From Myxococcota bacterium (GTDB lineage: Bacteria; Myxococcota; XYA12-FULL-58-9; JABJBS01), in contig JAYZAY010000020.1 in NCBI GenBank assembly GCA_036339465.1, positions 1-64,000 on the forward strand: a stretch of DNA of 64,000 nt, given 5' to 3'. The notes beneath the pieces are model-generated. The model had not been told where the DNA came from and did not search any database. It saw only the letters and a program-made list of their open reading frames with translations. Each line of letters begins with the position of its first letter. Position 1 is the first letter of the stretch. Positions 10,037-19,829 of this stretch are shown one piece after another. The translations under genes were made by a program, and so were the position numbers.

Positions 10037-11320
10037 GTGGCAATGTTTTCGGCTCCAAAAAACCCCCAGGAAAACCCCAAGGAGCCATGGATTGTATTCT
10101 GGGTCACCATTGTCTTCTTCATGCATGCCACCCGTGGATTTTCGGCAGGAATCTACGTCGAAGGAGCGGAAAACCGGTTAAAACCGCCAACCAGGAACTG
10201 CTCTATAGGCACTTCCTAAAAAAACTCTTGGACTCCAAATCCATCCATGTCGTAACCTCCCACCAGAGCCTTAGTCCCTTAACCCAAAAAAGCCCGCCCG
10301 AACCCCCATGTACAGAGAATCCATCCTGTCAAACATTCCTCAAAGACCAACTAGGGCTAAGATGGCTGATGACCCCAAAGCTTGTAGCTATCGATGACGT
10401 TTGGGTAGTCGTGCTAAAAATACAATCTTTGGTGGAAAAACATTCAGAAGTTATTAGTGGAGCGAGTCAGCAAGAGCCCCCCAAGGCCATTCAATTAGCA
10501 GTTAATCGTGCCGTTACACATTTGTTCAAGCAACTTCGCGTCGCCCTAGAACAACCCAGTTTTCTTTCTTTAATGGCCTTCGACGAACTCCTTAAAATAC
10601 TTCGCGACCTGGAAAAACATCCAGGATATATGCGTGAACACCTTCGAAAGCAGGTCGCTTTGGACCTGATTCGGACAACATTCGACCTCGATGCTAATCG
10701 GAAATTACGAAAGCTTCGAAAAATTGCGCGAACCCAAATAGAAAAACTGGATTTTCAAACTCTACTAGCCCCAGATCGTCATCAAGTAGAAACTAGACTC
10801 AAAAATATGGCATTTTGGCGCTCGATCTTAACAGATGCCGAACGGATGGTAGAACTGCGAGGGGGGGCAATTAACCCACTTCGAGATTCTGGCCCAACGT
10901 TCGCTCCAACTAACACCTCGGACTTCAATACAATGGCCAGACGATACAAAATCCCAGGAATTTATCCGGATATCTACCGAAGTCGTTGAGAGACTGAAAC
11001 CTGTTCTGGAATCGATTCATAACATTGAACAGGCCACATTCCTCAATGTATGGACCCAAAACAACGCCAGCATCGGTGAATCAACTTTCAAAAGATTAGG
11101 CCAGGAACTTGAAGACGCCACACCGGAAACAAGAAAGTTAAAACTTGTTTCCCCCGAACTCCTTACTCCAGATAGACCACGCCGCGGCATCGAACTCCTC
11201 AAGCACGGTGAACTTATTATTTTTATGGTCAGCCAATTTGGAGGAAAGCTAAAAGAAACCAGGATCTATCTCGTCGCAGACCAAGATGCCTGGAAAATTC
11301 GTCACTGGGCCGATGATTAA
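10037..11320 (+). pseudogene. Exported hypothetical protein apparently split by frameshifts (near 10170-10185 and at G7 10861-10867)
   Basis: Signal-peptide-like segment in the frame of 10037; main body in ORF 10087-10989 with a CxxxxxC..LG motif; a second frame is open 10853-11320 and ends LVADQDAWKIRHWADD*. Confidence 0.6.
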
Positions 11321-11362
11321 TTCTCCGACGGAAGACCTCCAACTTATCCTCCCTTCGAAAAG

Positions 11363-11899
11363 CTAAGGCTTGGGAACTTTTACGTCCTTCAAAGCCTTGA
11401 GCCATGGAGATTCGTCGGGAGTCCACTCTTTATGGTCATCGGTATAAATCGATGGGTTGTCGGTCCACTTTGGACATTTTAGCTCTGCATGCTCACAGGT
11501 CGGTGCGAAGGGTAATTCTACAATCAAGTATTCCAAAAGAAGTTCATCCATCTCGATAACTTGACCAGAATATTCAGATAAATCTAATTCCTCAACGGCT
11601 TCGCTCGAATCGTTACCAAGCTCACCTTTTTTCATAAACCGATGACGAAAAGGAATCTTAATCGTCATTTTTTTGGTTTCTATGCAACGTCCACATTCAA
11701 ACTCGAACCCACCCTTAATGGTTCCGCTGGTTTCCAAAACATTACCCAAAAGTTGAACCTTCAACTCAACCTTGAAGGTCTCCGATTGAGGTCTCAACTG
11801 TTTTCCAAGTCTTTCCTGCAGCTCGTCGGTCGGAAACCCAAACTCTTGTTCTAATTCACCCTGAATCAGTCCAGATATATCGAATGAAACAACACTCAT
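11363..11899 (-). CDS. yceD: YceD/DUF177 family protein
   Basis: FECGRCIE, EMDELLLEYLIVELPFAPTC...C, SPWLKALKD; GAGGTG RBS before ATG 11899. Confidence 0.85.
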   Translation of the reverse strand: MSVVSFDISGLIQGELEQEFGFPTDELQERLGKQLRPQSETFKVELKVQLLGNVLETSGTIKGGFEFECGRCIETKKMTIKIPFRHRFMKKGELGNDSSEAVEELDLSEYSGQVIEMDELLLEYLIVELPFAPTCEHAELKCPKWTDNPSIYTDDHKEWTPDESPWLKALKDVKVPKP

Positions 11900-11913
11900 T
11901 TTATACTCACCTC

Positions 11914-12540
11914 TTAACAAAGGGCATCAACCACGAAGCCCCGAATACCACCCACGACACACTGGACCGATAGCGCCGTTAGCAGCACGCCCAGTACCCG
12001 AGCAACAACGTTAATGCCGCCCTAACATCTTCACTACCAATTCGGAAAGCCTCAGAACCCCATAAGCCAAAAATAAAACAAGTAGAATACTCACAAACAC
12101 CGCTACAAGGCCAAGGGACACCGCGTGAGACTCGCCGGCCAATATCATCACTGTCGTAATCGCACCGGAACCAGTCTCAACTGGGGTCTCCAAGGGGAAA
12201 ACGCTCTCTTCTCTTTCCTCTGCTTCTTGATGCTCTGCTCTAATCTTCCGTTCCGGCTAAACAAAAACCATATCGAGCGCAATATTAAAGAGAAGAATCC
12301 CCCAGCCCTCGCAATTCGACAAGAATCCAATGAAATACCAGACCATTCCAATACTTGAGTTCCCAATAACGCAAAAAGAAAGAGCATCACACTCTCACTG
12401 CCACAGCTTTTCGAGCATCACTTTTAATCTCTTCCCGAGAAACCTCCCCAGCACTGGACAGAGATATCGGCGCTATGGCTAGAGAACCAACCACCATGAG
12501 AAAGGTATAAAAAGCTATGATATCCCTAGGGACATCATCG
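11914..12540 (-). pseudogene. marC: MarC family membrane protein pseudogene
   Basis: Four fragments in different frames: FYTFLMVVGSLAIAPISLS..ARKAV; LFALLGTQVLEWSGISLDSCRIA; GSGAITTVMIL; GINVVARVLGVLLTALSVQCVVGGI*. Confidence 0.8.
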
Positions 12541-12668
12541 TTGACGACCAATTAACCTGTTTTTTTGGCGCGTCAACCGAAAAACATCAAATCACAGTCA
12601 CAAAAACTGGTGAGATACCAGCGGCAATCCTATAAATTAGATATCTTCTCTTTAGAAGCACCCTCAAC

Positions 12669-13560
12669 CTAGACTCCAAGTAACACCACCCCCCATTGGC
12701 ACAGGAGCGCCCCTAAAGCGGCAAAGGTGGGCTGACTAGCGGAAAGAAAAAGCGCATTTCTTGGTTGGTTGGTTCGTTCGCCGTAGTTCGCCTTGTCGGG
12801 CCAGTCATAAATCAACCGTGGGCTGGCCTCGGAATGATTCCACGTAAAAGACCACTCCAAACTCGGCCCCCAATCAACAACAAGAGGTTTCTTAAGAAAA
12901 TACGTTAGCTGATTATCGAGTTCATAGTGCTTAGCACGCGCCACACACCGGAGAACATGCCTATACGGAAATGTCTCGAAGGTCTTGATATCCAATGGCC
13001 ATTGTAAGTACCATTTGCGTGTATACGAGTCATCTCCCACCGGAATCGTAAAACCGGTTTGGGCCACAGGAAACATTGGTTTGCAGGGAACCTGAATTCT
13101 GAGTCTTGAATCTGGGTCCACCGCCAGACTATCATCCAATAAAGAAACGGGGGCGAATGTTCCGTGATCGGCCCAACACCGGCTTCCGCAGGCTTAACGT
13201 TTGCTTGTGGCAAGCTCGCTCTGGGACACAGTCGGTGTCAACACCCAAGGGGTTACCTAGGTCGATCCATTGTTTAAAGACCTCGATAGTACCAATGGGT
13301 AAGGAAGGGATATCATCCCCCAGATAATCACGACATTCACGTTCTGAAACTGGTGGAGACATTTCCCCCAACCTCATCTTCTCCAAGATTTTCAAAGCAA
13401 TAATATTAGCATTCCCATGCTTCGTAAAATATCCTAAGCCTGGGCAATTCTCAAAATGACAAAGCGCGAAATAGGCATTGATGCGTGGTACGATAACCTT
13501 ATGATGGGTGAAACCTCCATCAGCAGTCCCTCACTCCCTTCAATAAAACATCCTGTATTG
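12669..13560 (-). pseudogene. Cytochrome c plus copper type II ascorbate-dependent monooxygenase-like protein, decayed
   Basis: N-terminal FTHHKVIVPRINAYFALCH (degenerate CxxCH), GEMSPP, QWIDLGNPLG; C-terminal FTIPVGD, FPYRHVL (cf. FPHMH), DNQLTY, WNHS, YGERT; in-frame stops and frameshifts. Confidence 0.65.
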
Positions 13561-13725
13561 GAGAAAAAAATCGTTTAAATATAGATACGTCCGCGACCCA
13601 TTGTTCCGCCCCCTTCTGTCGCATTACAATAAATAATAATCGAACTTCAAGGAAGTATTCTTAATGGTGGGAACAACAACCGACAAGTATTAAATCAAGC
13701 CTCTGTGGCAAGTAAAAGGTCATAC

Positions 13726-15123
13726 TCATGCTGCATTGACAATATTTGAAACCGCATCCGGGGCGCGAAATAGCTTGTTCTGCATCTCATCGTAGGTACG
13801 GGGTACCGAGCAATCAACATGCCTCAACCGCATCCACTCTACGGCAGAGCACACGGAGAAGATTCTAGAGAAGTCATCAAATAAAGCTTGCGTAGGCAAG
13901 AATCGGCCCTCATACTTTTTCCGGACATTGCTGAAAATCTCACGAATCGTCCTTTTACCATCCAATTCTCCCAAAATATCGGCTGAATGGGGTCCCACGA
14001 CTAACTCTAAATTAAGACCCCCAGCATGAAGTACGGAAAAAGTTTCGCCGGTATTCGCTCTAATTTGGTCCGAAAGCTCTGTTGGGGTAAATTGCTGGAA
14101 CACTGACTTTCCCCCCAGATACATTTCCGCGAAATAGGGCACCATATGGGGGTCGGTCGGTCGAGCTTGTGATTTCTGCTCTGCGGACACATAAAATGTG
14201 TGTAGCCCAATTCTACTATTTAACAATTCCGCGATTGCGTGACGCTCACGTAAAGGCTTTTCTTGTACCCGACTTAGCAATTTTCCTTGCTCAAGGTACA
14301 ATTCCGGACAATACTGGATTTTTTCAATCATCGTAGCATTAAAGTTGCTAAAATCGTTGAAAGAAAGTTCGTTATCTTCCAGCCATTTATAGAGTTCCGG
14401 AATTGTATAAGACCGGTCTTGGGAATGCAGAAAGGTGTCCACCAAATTCGAATCATCCTCAAAAAAACCCTTTAGGTGACGGTCTCTGTGAATTCCATGG
14501 GCCAGGTAAAAATGCGACGGCATCGACTCCATCGCTTCTCTTGTATTAATAATTTTACGCTTCAGGCACTCGTTGGGTTCGTTCAACTGCTCCATCAACG
14601 CCTGAATATGGTAGTATGACTGTCGGCCATAAGTTGCATAAACCATAATCCCCATGGCACCATCGACCTTTAAAACCGACTTGAGAGCCTGTAGCCCTCG
14701 ATTGGGGTCCGGAAGATGGTGGAGAACCCCTGTACAAGAAATGTAATCAAATGGCCCCAAGGCCATCGTAGGCAAATCCGTGATCGACCCACAGACCCAT
14801 TTAATATTATCTAGCCCTCGAAGTTTTGCTCTCTCTTGAGCTACAACCATAGAAGCCTGACTCAAATCCAAATAAACAACTTCCGCTCCCGAATCCCGAA
14901 GTTGCTCAGCCAGGTATATCGTTGAATGCCCCGTGCCCCCTCCCGCAACCAACACGCGAAAATTCTCATCAAAAATCCGACGGCCCTTAAAGCAGATATG
15001 ATTAATATTCCCAAGCGAATCCACGGGAACCATCTGAAGTCGCCGCCTTTCATCCCGCGGCAGCACATTCGGAAATGGATATTCTTCATATTGCGTTCTA
15101 ATAAGCAGATTGACGTCGGTCAT
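13726..15123 (-). CDS. Class I SAM-dependent methyltransferase
   Basis: QYEEYPFP, VLVAGGGTG, YLDLS, FDYISCTGVLHHLPDP, IMVYATYGR, DTFLHSQDRSY. Confidence 0.9.
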   Translation of the reverse strand: MTDVNLLIRTQYEEYPFPNVLPRDERRRLQMVPVDSLGNINHICFKGRRIFDENFRVLVAGGGTGHSTIYLAEQLRDSGAEVVYLDLSQASMVVAQERAKLRGLDNIKWVCGSITDLPTMALGPFDYISCTGVLHHLPDPNRGLQALKSVLKVDGAMGIMVYATYGRQSYYHIQALMEQLNEPNECLKRKIINTREAMESMPSHFYLAHGIHRDRHLKGFFEDDSNLVDTFLHSQDRSYTIPELYKWLEDNELSFNDFSNFNATMIEKIQYCPELYLEQGKLLSRVQEKPLRERHAIAELLNSRIGLHTFYVSAEQKSQARPTDPHMVPYFAEMYLGGKSVFQQFTPTELSDQIRANTGETFSVLHAGGLNLELVVGPHSADILGELDGKRTIREIFSNVRKKYEGRFLPTQALFDDFSRIFSVCSAVEWMRLRHVDCSVPRTYDEMQNKLFRAPDAVSNIVNAA

Positions 15124-15323
15124 TTGGTAGCTCCAGGTCAAGCCCGTCCCCTGAGCATGGAGCGGACGACTAAATACGACGTGAAGCTATCGACGTTTAA
15201 GGCTCGTTCTTGAGATAAATAGCACGAGCAAACCTAAATGAAACGAGTACCCGGGCGAAATTAACTCGCAGAGAATCAATTCTGAATCGTGTCGAGATTC
15301 GACCCGGAGTAAATTCAGTAATT

Positions 15324-15593
15324 CTAATAATTTGTGTAGGGAACCAACGCCAATTGCCGAGCGATTTTGACCTCTCGGCTCAATTCTCGCTGCTGCCGAG
15401 CTGAGAGATGGCTGATCCTTCTTGGAACAATCTTACCGTGCTCAGACAAGAAGCCCTTGATAGTCTCCACATCCTTATAAGAGAACGTTAGCGTTGCTGA
15501 GGGACGAGGCCGACGACGTCTCGCAAAAAGCGGCTGATCTCGGCTTCCACCGCCGTCACGTTCATTGCCTTCAGATGATTCGTAATTACTCAT
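15324..15593 (-). CDS. rpsR: 30S ribosomal protein S18, Cys-free type
   Basis: YKDVETIKGFLSEHGKIVPRRIS, QQRELSREVKIARQLALVPY; no Cys in the protein. Confidence 0.93.
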   Translation of the reverse strand: MSNYESSEGNERDGGGSRDQPLFARRRRPRPSATLTFSYKDVETIKGFLSEHGKIVPRRISHLSARQQRELSREVKIARQLALVPYTNY

Positions 15594-15831
15594 AATACAA
15601 TCCTTAAATCTCAAACTCTACTAGACTTGGCTCAATGGTTGAGTTTGGGAAAAAAATCAAGATTCATTGTTGAAAATAAGCCAGATTCTTGAGCATTAAC
15701 CTCCAAAACCAAGATCATAATCCTAGTCATTGCCAGAAGTTTCTTGCTCCTTTCTCTTGCCTAATTTCCTTGTATCCGATAATCGCACGCGCTGGTAGGC
15801 CTTATAGGCTAACAATAGTTTGGAGGTAACG

Positions 15832-16089
15832 ATGCGCGAGGGAATTCACCCAGTGCTCAATCCGGTCGTTTTTATAGATGCAGCGACTGGCGATGAAATT
15901 GTGACTCGATCTGCTACGAAAAGTAGGGAGACGCGAGATATTGAAGGGGTAAGTCACTTCGTTATTAAATGCGATATTTCTTGCTTCTCACACCCTTTCT
16001 ATACGGGAACTCAAAGACTCGTAGATGCTGAGGGTCGCGTGGATAGATTCCGACGTAAGTATAAGAGAGCACAGCAAAAAGAAGAATAG
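15832..16089 (+). CDS. rpmE2: 50S ribosomal protein L31 type B
   Basis: MREGIHP..PVVFID, TRS, DIS..SHPFYTGTQRLVDAEGRVDRF; no CxC/CxxC ribbon; GGAGG RBS. Confidence 0.92.
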   Translation: MREGIHPVLNPVVFIDAATGDEIVTRSATKSRETRDIEGVSHFVIKCDISCFSHPFYTGTQRLVDAEGRVDRFRRKYKRAQQKEE

Positions 16090-16129
16090 CTCCCTTCTGC
16101 TTATACAACATACGCTATGAGGTAGAACG

Positions 16130-16300
16130 ATGCGTGAAAAAATTAGATTGGTATCGACAGCCGGAACGGGCTTTGCGTACTACACAACAAAGAATAAGAA
16201 GCGAACACCAGATAAGCTCGTATTCAAGAAGTACGACCCGTTCGTGCGCAAGCACGTCGAGTTTAAAGAAACGAAAATGCCTAGCCACTCCAAGCGCTAA
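16130..16300 (+). CDS. rpmG: 50S ribosomal protein L33, Cys-free type (not in ORF track)
   Basis: Manual translation [64 protein letters not shown]. Confidence 0.95.
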   Translation: MREKIRLVSTAGTGFAYYTTKNKKRTPDKLVFKKYDPFVRKHVEFKETKMPSHSKR

Positions 16301-16324
16301 GTATCAATTTAGGAGAAAATGGTC

Positions 16325-16561
16325 ATGGCGAAAGTATGCCAAGTTACAGGTAAAGGTCCCCTTTTCGGAAACCACGTATCTCACTCCAATATTAAGACCC
16401 GACGACGTCAGAATTCCAATATTCAGAAGAGACGATTTTGGCTCGACGCTGAAAATCGCTGGGTTAATCTTCAAGTCAGTGCACGCGGAATTCGAATCAT
16501 CAATAAGCGTGGCTTAGAAGGGGTCGTTCGCGACCTCAGAGATCAAGGTCAGAAAGTTTAG
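16325..16561 (+). CDS. rpmB: 50S ribosomal protein L28
   Basis: MAKVCQVTGK, GNHVSHSNIKTRR, NIQKRRFW, VSARGIRIINKRG; single Cys; AGGAG RBS. Confidence 0.95.
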   Translation: MAKVCQVTGKGPLFGNHVSHSNIKTRRRQNSNIQKRRFWLDAENRWVNLQVSARGIRIINKRGLEGVVRDLRDQGQKV

Positions 16562-16653
16562 TCCGCCCTTCTCTAGGGTAAGAATCTTCAGAACAAGCAG
16601 TTCAGGAAGCCGCATCGGAAGAACATGCTGTCGGGTCCTATTTCTCCCGAGGC

Positions 16654-16698
16654 GAGCTAGATTTCGGAGCTAGATTTCGGAGCTAGATTTCGGAGCTA
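16654..16698. repeat. Tandem repeat, 3.5 copies of 13-bp GAGCTAGATTTCG
   Basis: Exact copies start at 16654, 16667 and 16680, plus a partial GAGCTA at 16693. Confidence 0.95.
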
Positions 16699-16828
16699 TG
16701 CGGCAGCCGAAAATCCTCTTTCAATCCGGGTAGCATAAGAATCAATGCTCACTTTTTCAGCCCCAAAAGAAAAAACATCCGTCCCTCATCCCAAGACGAA
16801 GGCTCCACCCATCACTCAATCAGCATTG

Positions 16829-16877
16829 AAAAAAAAAGAAAGCCCGGTGACAACAATCTATTGTCACCGGGCTTTCT
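16829..16877 (-). terminator. Rho-independent terminator of the dsbA-like gene
   Basis: Perfect 17-bp inverted repeat AGAAAGCCCGGTGACAA / TTGTCACCGGGCTTTCT with a 7-nt loop; the A-run at 16829-16837 gives a U-tail on the minus strand. Confidence 0.88.
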
Positions 16878-16908
16878 CGCTACCACTCAACTCTCTCCAA
16901 CGAATAAA

Positions 16909-17691
16909 CTAGAGAGACTTAGCACCTTCGCCAACGATTTTCTTGGCATAGTAATCTCCCTTGGAGACACCACTTGCCTTCGCTTTCTTTAGTTCCTCAT
17001 CAATTAGAGCTTTAAAAGCAGGAAATGGCTGAGCGCCACTTAGAAAACGACCATTGATGAAAAATGCGGGCGTGCCACGAGCACCAAACTTAGCCGCTGT
17101 TTGCTGCTGCTTAGTCACTCTAGCCTTATACTTACTGTCCGTATAGCATTTGTCAAACTTACCCGAATCTACGCCAATCGCCGCAGCATATTTTTTGAGA
17201 TCCGCATCCTCGAGTTGACGTTGATTTTCAAAAAGTTTGTCGTGCATAGGCCAAAACTTGCCTTGCTCACCACTACATTCTGCTGCCACAGCCGCTGGCA
17301 TGGCCCGCTTATGAAAACTCAGAGGATTGTGATAGAATACGATCTTTACGTCGTCTCCGTATTCTTTCTCAACTTGCTTAAGTGTCGGTAATACCCGGCT
17401 ACAAAAGGGGCATTGAAAATCACTCACTTCCACAATGGTTACCCACGCATCCTTACTACCTCTAAAGGAGGCATCGGGAATCACGGGAAGAGCATAAGTC
17501 TTGCTTCTATCTGGGCCTGCGGGCCGCTGACGCGCTGCGGGCTTAGCGGGACCAGCCTTTGCTACTTCGTCTAATTTCTTAAGTATTTTTTTCTGGTTTG
17601 CCTTGATCTCGTCCACATCAGCTCTTGATTGGCATCCTACCAAACCAGAGCCAATGAGTGCAGTCAGGGCAATTTTTGCCAAGATTTTCAT
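16909..17691 (-). CDS. DsbA family thioredoxin-fold lipoprotein
   Basis: Lipobox LVGC; SDFQCPFC, PLSFH, EQGKFWPMHD, GTPAFFING, SGAQP. Confidence 0.9.
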   Translation of the reverse strand: MKILAKIALTALIGSGLVGCQSRADVDEIKANQKKILKKLDEVAKAGPAKPAARQRPAGPDRSKTYALPVIPDASFRGSKDAWVTIVEVSDFQCPFCSRVLPTLKQVEKEYGDDVKIVFYHNPLSFHKRAMPAAVAAECSGEQGKFWPMHDKLFENQRQLEDADLKKYAAAIGVDSGKFDKCYTDSKYKARVTKQQQTAAKFGARGTPAFFINGRFLSGAQPFPAFKALIDEELKKAKASGVSKGDYYAKKIVGEGAKSL

Positions 17692-17844
17692 TCCTAAAAC
17701 TCCTATCTAGATGTTCTAAAATAGCAACGAATTGCCAAACACAAGAAACACCATTTACTAGAAAGGTTCAATAGCGCTGGTAAAGTACATGGCGGTTTAA
17801 TACCTTGCGACCGACCTAAACGAACAACTAAAAGGACCGTATCG

Positions 17845-18231
17845 ATGCCGCCCCTTAAACTCGACGACTCTTTCCAAATCACTCGAGTTTTCAATCGGGA
17901 AGAGGTGAGCGCATTTTGTGATTTAACCGGAGACTTTGGTGCCCACCACAACCGTGAGCAATCCGATGGTAAAGTCGTAGTACCTGGTTTATTGACAGGT
18001 TCACTCCCAACTCAGGTGGGAGGTAAATTAAACTTCTTAATCTCTGAACTCCAATATGTCTTTAACAAACCCGTAAGAACCGGCGAAACAGTTACCTGTA
18101 AACTTGTCATCGACAACGTAACCCCCCACCCCAAGGGCAGCTGGATCCATGCATCCATCGAGATCAGGTCATTGAACCAAGTCGTCGTTAAAGGAAGTTG
18201 TGCGGGGCTCGCTACCGATTCCAATCAATGA
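17845..18231 (+). CDS. MaoC family hotdog-fold dehydratase
   Basis: FCDLTGD..HH, VVPGLLTGSL, FNKPVRTGETV. Confidence 0.8.
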   Translation: MPPLKLDDSFQITRVFNREEVSAFCDLTGDFGAHHNREQSDGKVVVPGLLTGSLPTQVGGKLNFLISELQYVFNKPVRTGETVTCKLVIDNVTPHPKGSWIHASIEIRSLNQVVVKGSCAGLATDSNQ

Positions 18232-19169
18232 ACTTGCCCCAAGCGCACTAACTGTTTCACCGACGGAAAGGCACGAGCGAGGTATCGTTCGGGAACCATA
18301 CCCTGCGGTTCCATCGCCCCCTGTAAATAAAAGAGCAAATCCCTCATACCAATCTCCAACCCATCAAACTCCGAATAGGTTTTGGGGCGTAAAATGACCC
18401 GGTCGACCCCGGGTAAAAGAGCATCCTTCCCCTCCACAAATTCGCAGTACGACCTCAGAGTATCCTCCGTCGTTCGCACGAAGAATTCTGCAACATTTGT
18501 TTCGTCAGCCAAAACGGACAAGGCCTCTTTCTGCCGACGATAATGTTCGCTACACTCCTCCAGACGAAGTCGCCTAAATATTTGCAGGGAATCAAAACGC
18601 CGTTCAGCATGAAACATCTCCCAAGACCGATTTTCCTCTGAACGCGTCACTGGAACAAAACTTCCAACGGACCCGCTTAAACAAATCGTTTCCGCCTCTT
18701 TAGCCATTCGTTGCAACGCCGATTCGTCATTGATCCCGGCAACAAGCAGCGTCTTTAAATCCGAACACATGACCACAGGTTCAGACTCCAGCTCCAAACC
18801 ATTAAATGCACCGGTAAAAACAAATGGAAACGCCAGCTCAGGTTGGCCCAACTCACACTTCCACAGGCCATCGCTGACTTTCTGCGCCGACCATTCAAAT
18901 CGTTTTCTTACTTTTTCGACAATAGAAGTCATGAGGGAGGAGAAATCACAATCTAGAACTCTCAAAATCTCACCATCGACCAATCGTTCCCCGTCCTTAT
19001 CCCAATAGGCCAAATCCAGCCAAAACGTTCGCCCCAATAATATTCCTTCGGGCCGCAAAGCATTCGTTGTGCCCTGCCCTTTGACCCGATAATGCTCGGT
19101 CAATACATCAGCCGCCATTCGAAAACGTGGGTAAATCTTGTCTACAATTTCTCTCATCAGTAACCACAC
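18225..19169 (-). CDS. Hypothetical protein (weakly DUF1444-like N-terminal half)
   Basis: 314-aa ORF; IYPR, LAYWD, LLVAGINDESAL, PERY..FP; family call tentative. Confidence 0.6.
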   Translation of the reverse strand: MWLLMREIVDKIYPRFRMAADVLTEHYRVKGQGTTNALRPEGILLGRTFWLDLAYWDKDGERLVDGEILRVLDCDFSSLMTSIVEKVRKRFEWSAQKVSDGLWKCELGQPELAFPFVFTGAFNGLELESEPVVMCSDLKTLLVAGINDESALQRMAKEAETICLSGSVGSFVPVTRSEENRSWEMFHAERRFDSLQIFRRLRLEECSEHYRRQKEALSVLADETNVAEFFVRTTEDTLRSYCEFVEGKDALLPGVDRVILRPKTYSEFDGLEIGMRDLLFYLQGAMEPQGMVPERYLARAFPSVKQLVRLGQVH

Positions 19170-19307
19170 TCCTCTACCGAGAAATAGACCGAGAAATTTG
19201 TTCTATAAAGGCTACTTCGATAGAAACCCGCATCGCGCAGTACTTTTGTGTCATTGAATCTCACACAGCTCAAAACCGTCTGCAGTACAACATCAAAGGG
19301 TAAAACC

Positions 19308-19820
19308 ATGAAAACTCCTGCTAGTAATGTGGCCATCTTAATCGTTGGCCTCTTCTTATTTTCTCCAGAAATATACGCGCGATCCACCGGCGTTGGCTTG
19401 GGGATCGCGGGTGGCGTCGTCTACGCAGGCGGGGATTTGGATTCGGCTCCTCGAGAAAAAATAGGAGGAGGGTGGGGATTCTTCGTGGATATCCCTCTGG
19501 TCGATTATTTCCATCTCTCACCTTCCACAACGATTTATCAGATTGATTCCGGCAACGGCTCACACCCGGCTACAGACGTTGACCTCAATTTCAAATTTAT
19601 CGTCCCGATTTCGAATCTAAAATTAGGCTTTGGGTTATTGGGTGGTGTAACCGTCGCCGAGCAAACGTATCAAGGACATTGGGGCTTGCTGGGATACACA
19701 TCCTACGGTTTGGTTTCTAACTTGGAACTCTTCGGAATGGGCTCCTACAAGCATGTCTCACGCCAAGGTAAAAACCTCAATGACATCCACTTCCAAGGTG
19801 GGCTCATGATTCGCCTGTAG
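19308..19820 (+). CDS. Small outer-membrane beta-barrel protein
   Basis: Signal peptide, alternating hydrophobic strands, C-terminal FQGGLMIRL. Confidence 0.65.
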   Translation: MKTPASNVAILIVGLFLFSPEIYARSTGVGLGIAGGVVYAGGDLDSAPREKIGGGWGFFVDIPLVDYFHLSPSTTIYQIDSGNGSHPATDVDLNFKFIVPISNLKLGFGLLGGVTVAEQTYQGHWGLLGYTSYGLVSNLELFGMGSYKHVSRQGKNLNDIHFQGGLMIRL

Positions 19821-19829
19821 ACTCCTCAC

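Noticed and set aside
11000..11362. rpmF (L32) expected downstream of yceD
   Set aside because: No L32-like translation on the minus strand; the space is occupied by the plus-strand frame ending at 11320.
15142..15323. SAM riboswitch upstream of the methyltransferase
   Set aside because: I could not recognise SAM-I or SAM-II core motifs.
16134..16517. 127-aa ORF from the track
   Set aside because: Off-frame overlap of the real rpmG and rpmB genes.
16654..16698. CRISPR array
   Set aside because: The repeats are 13 bp and head-to-tail with no spacers, and there are no cas genes.
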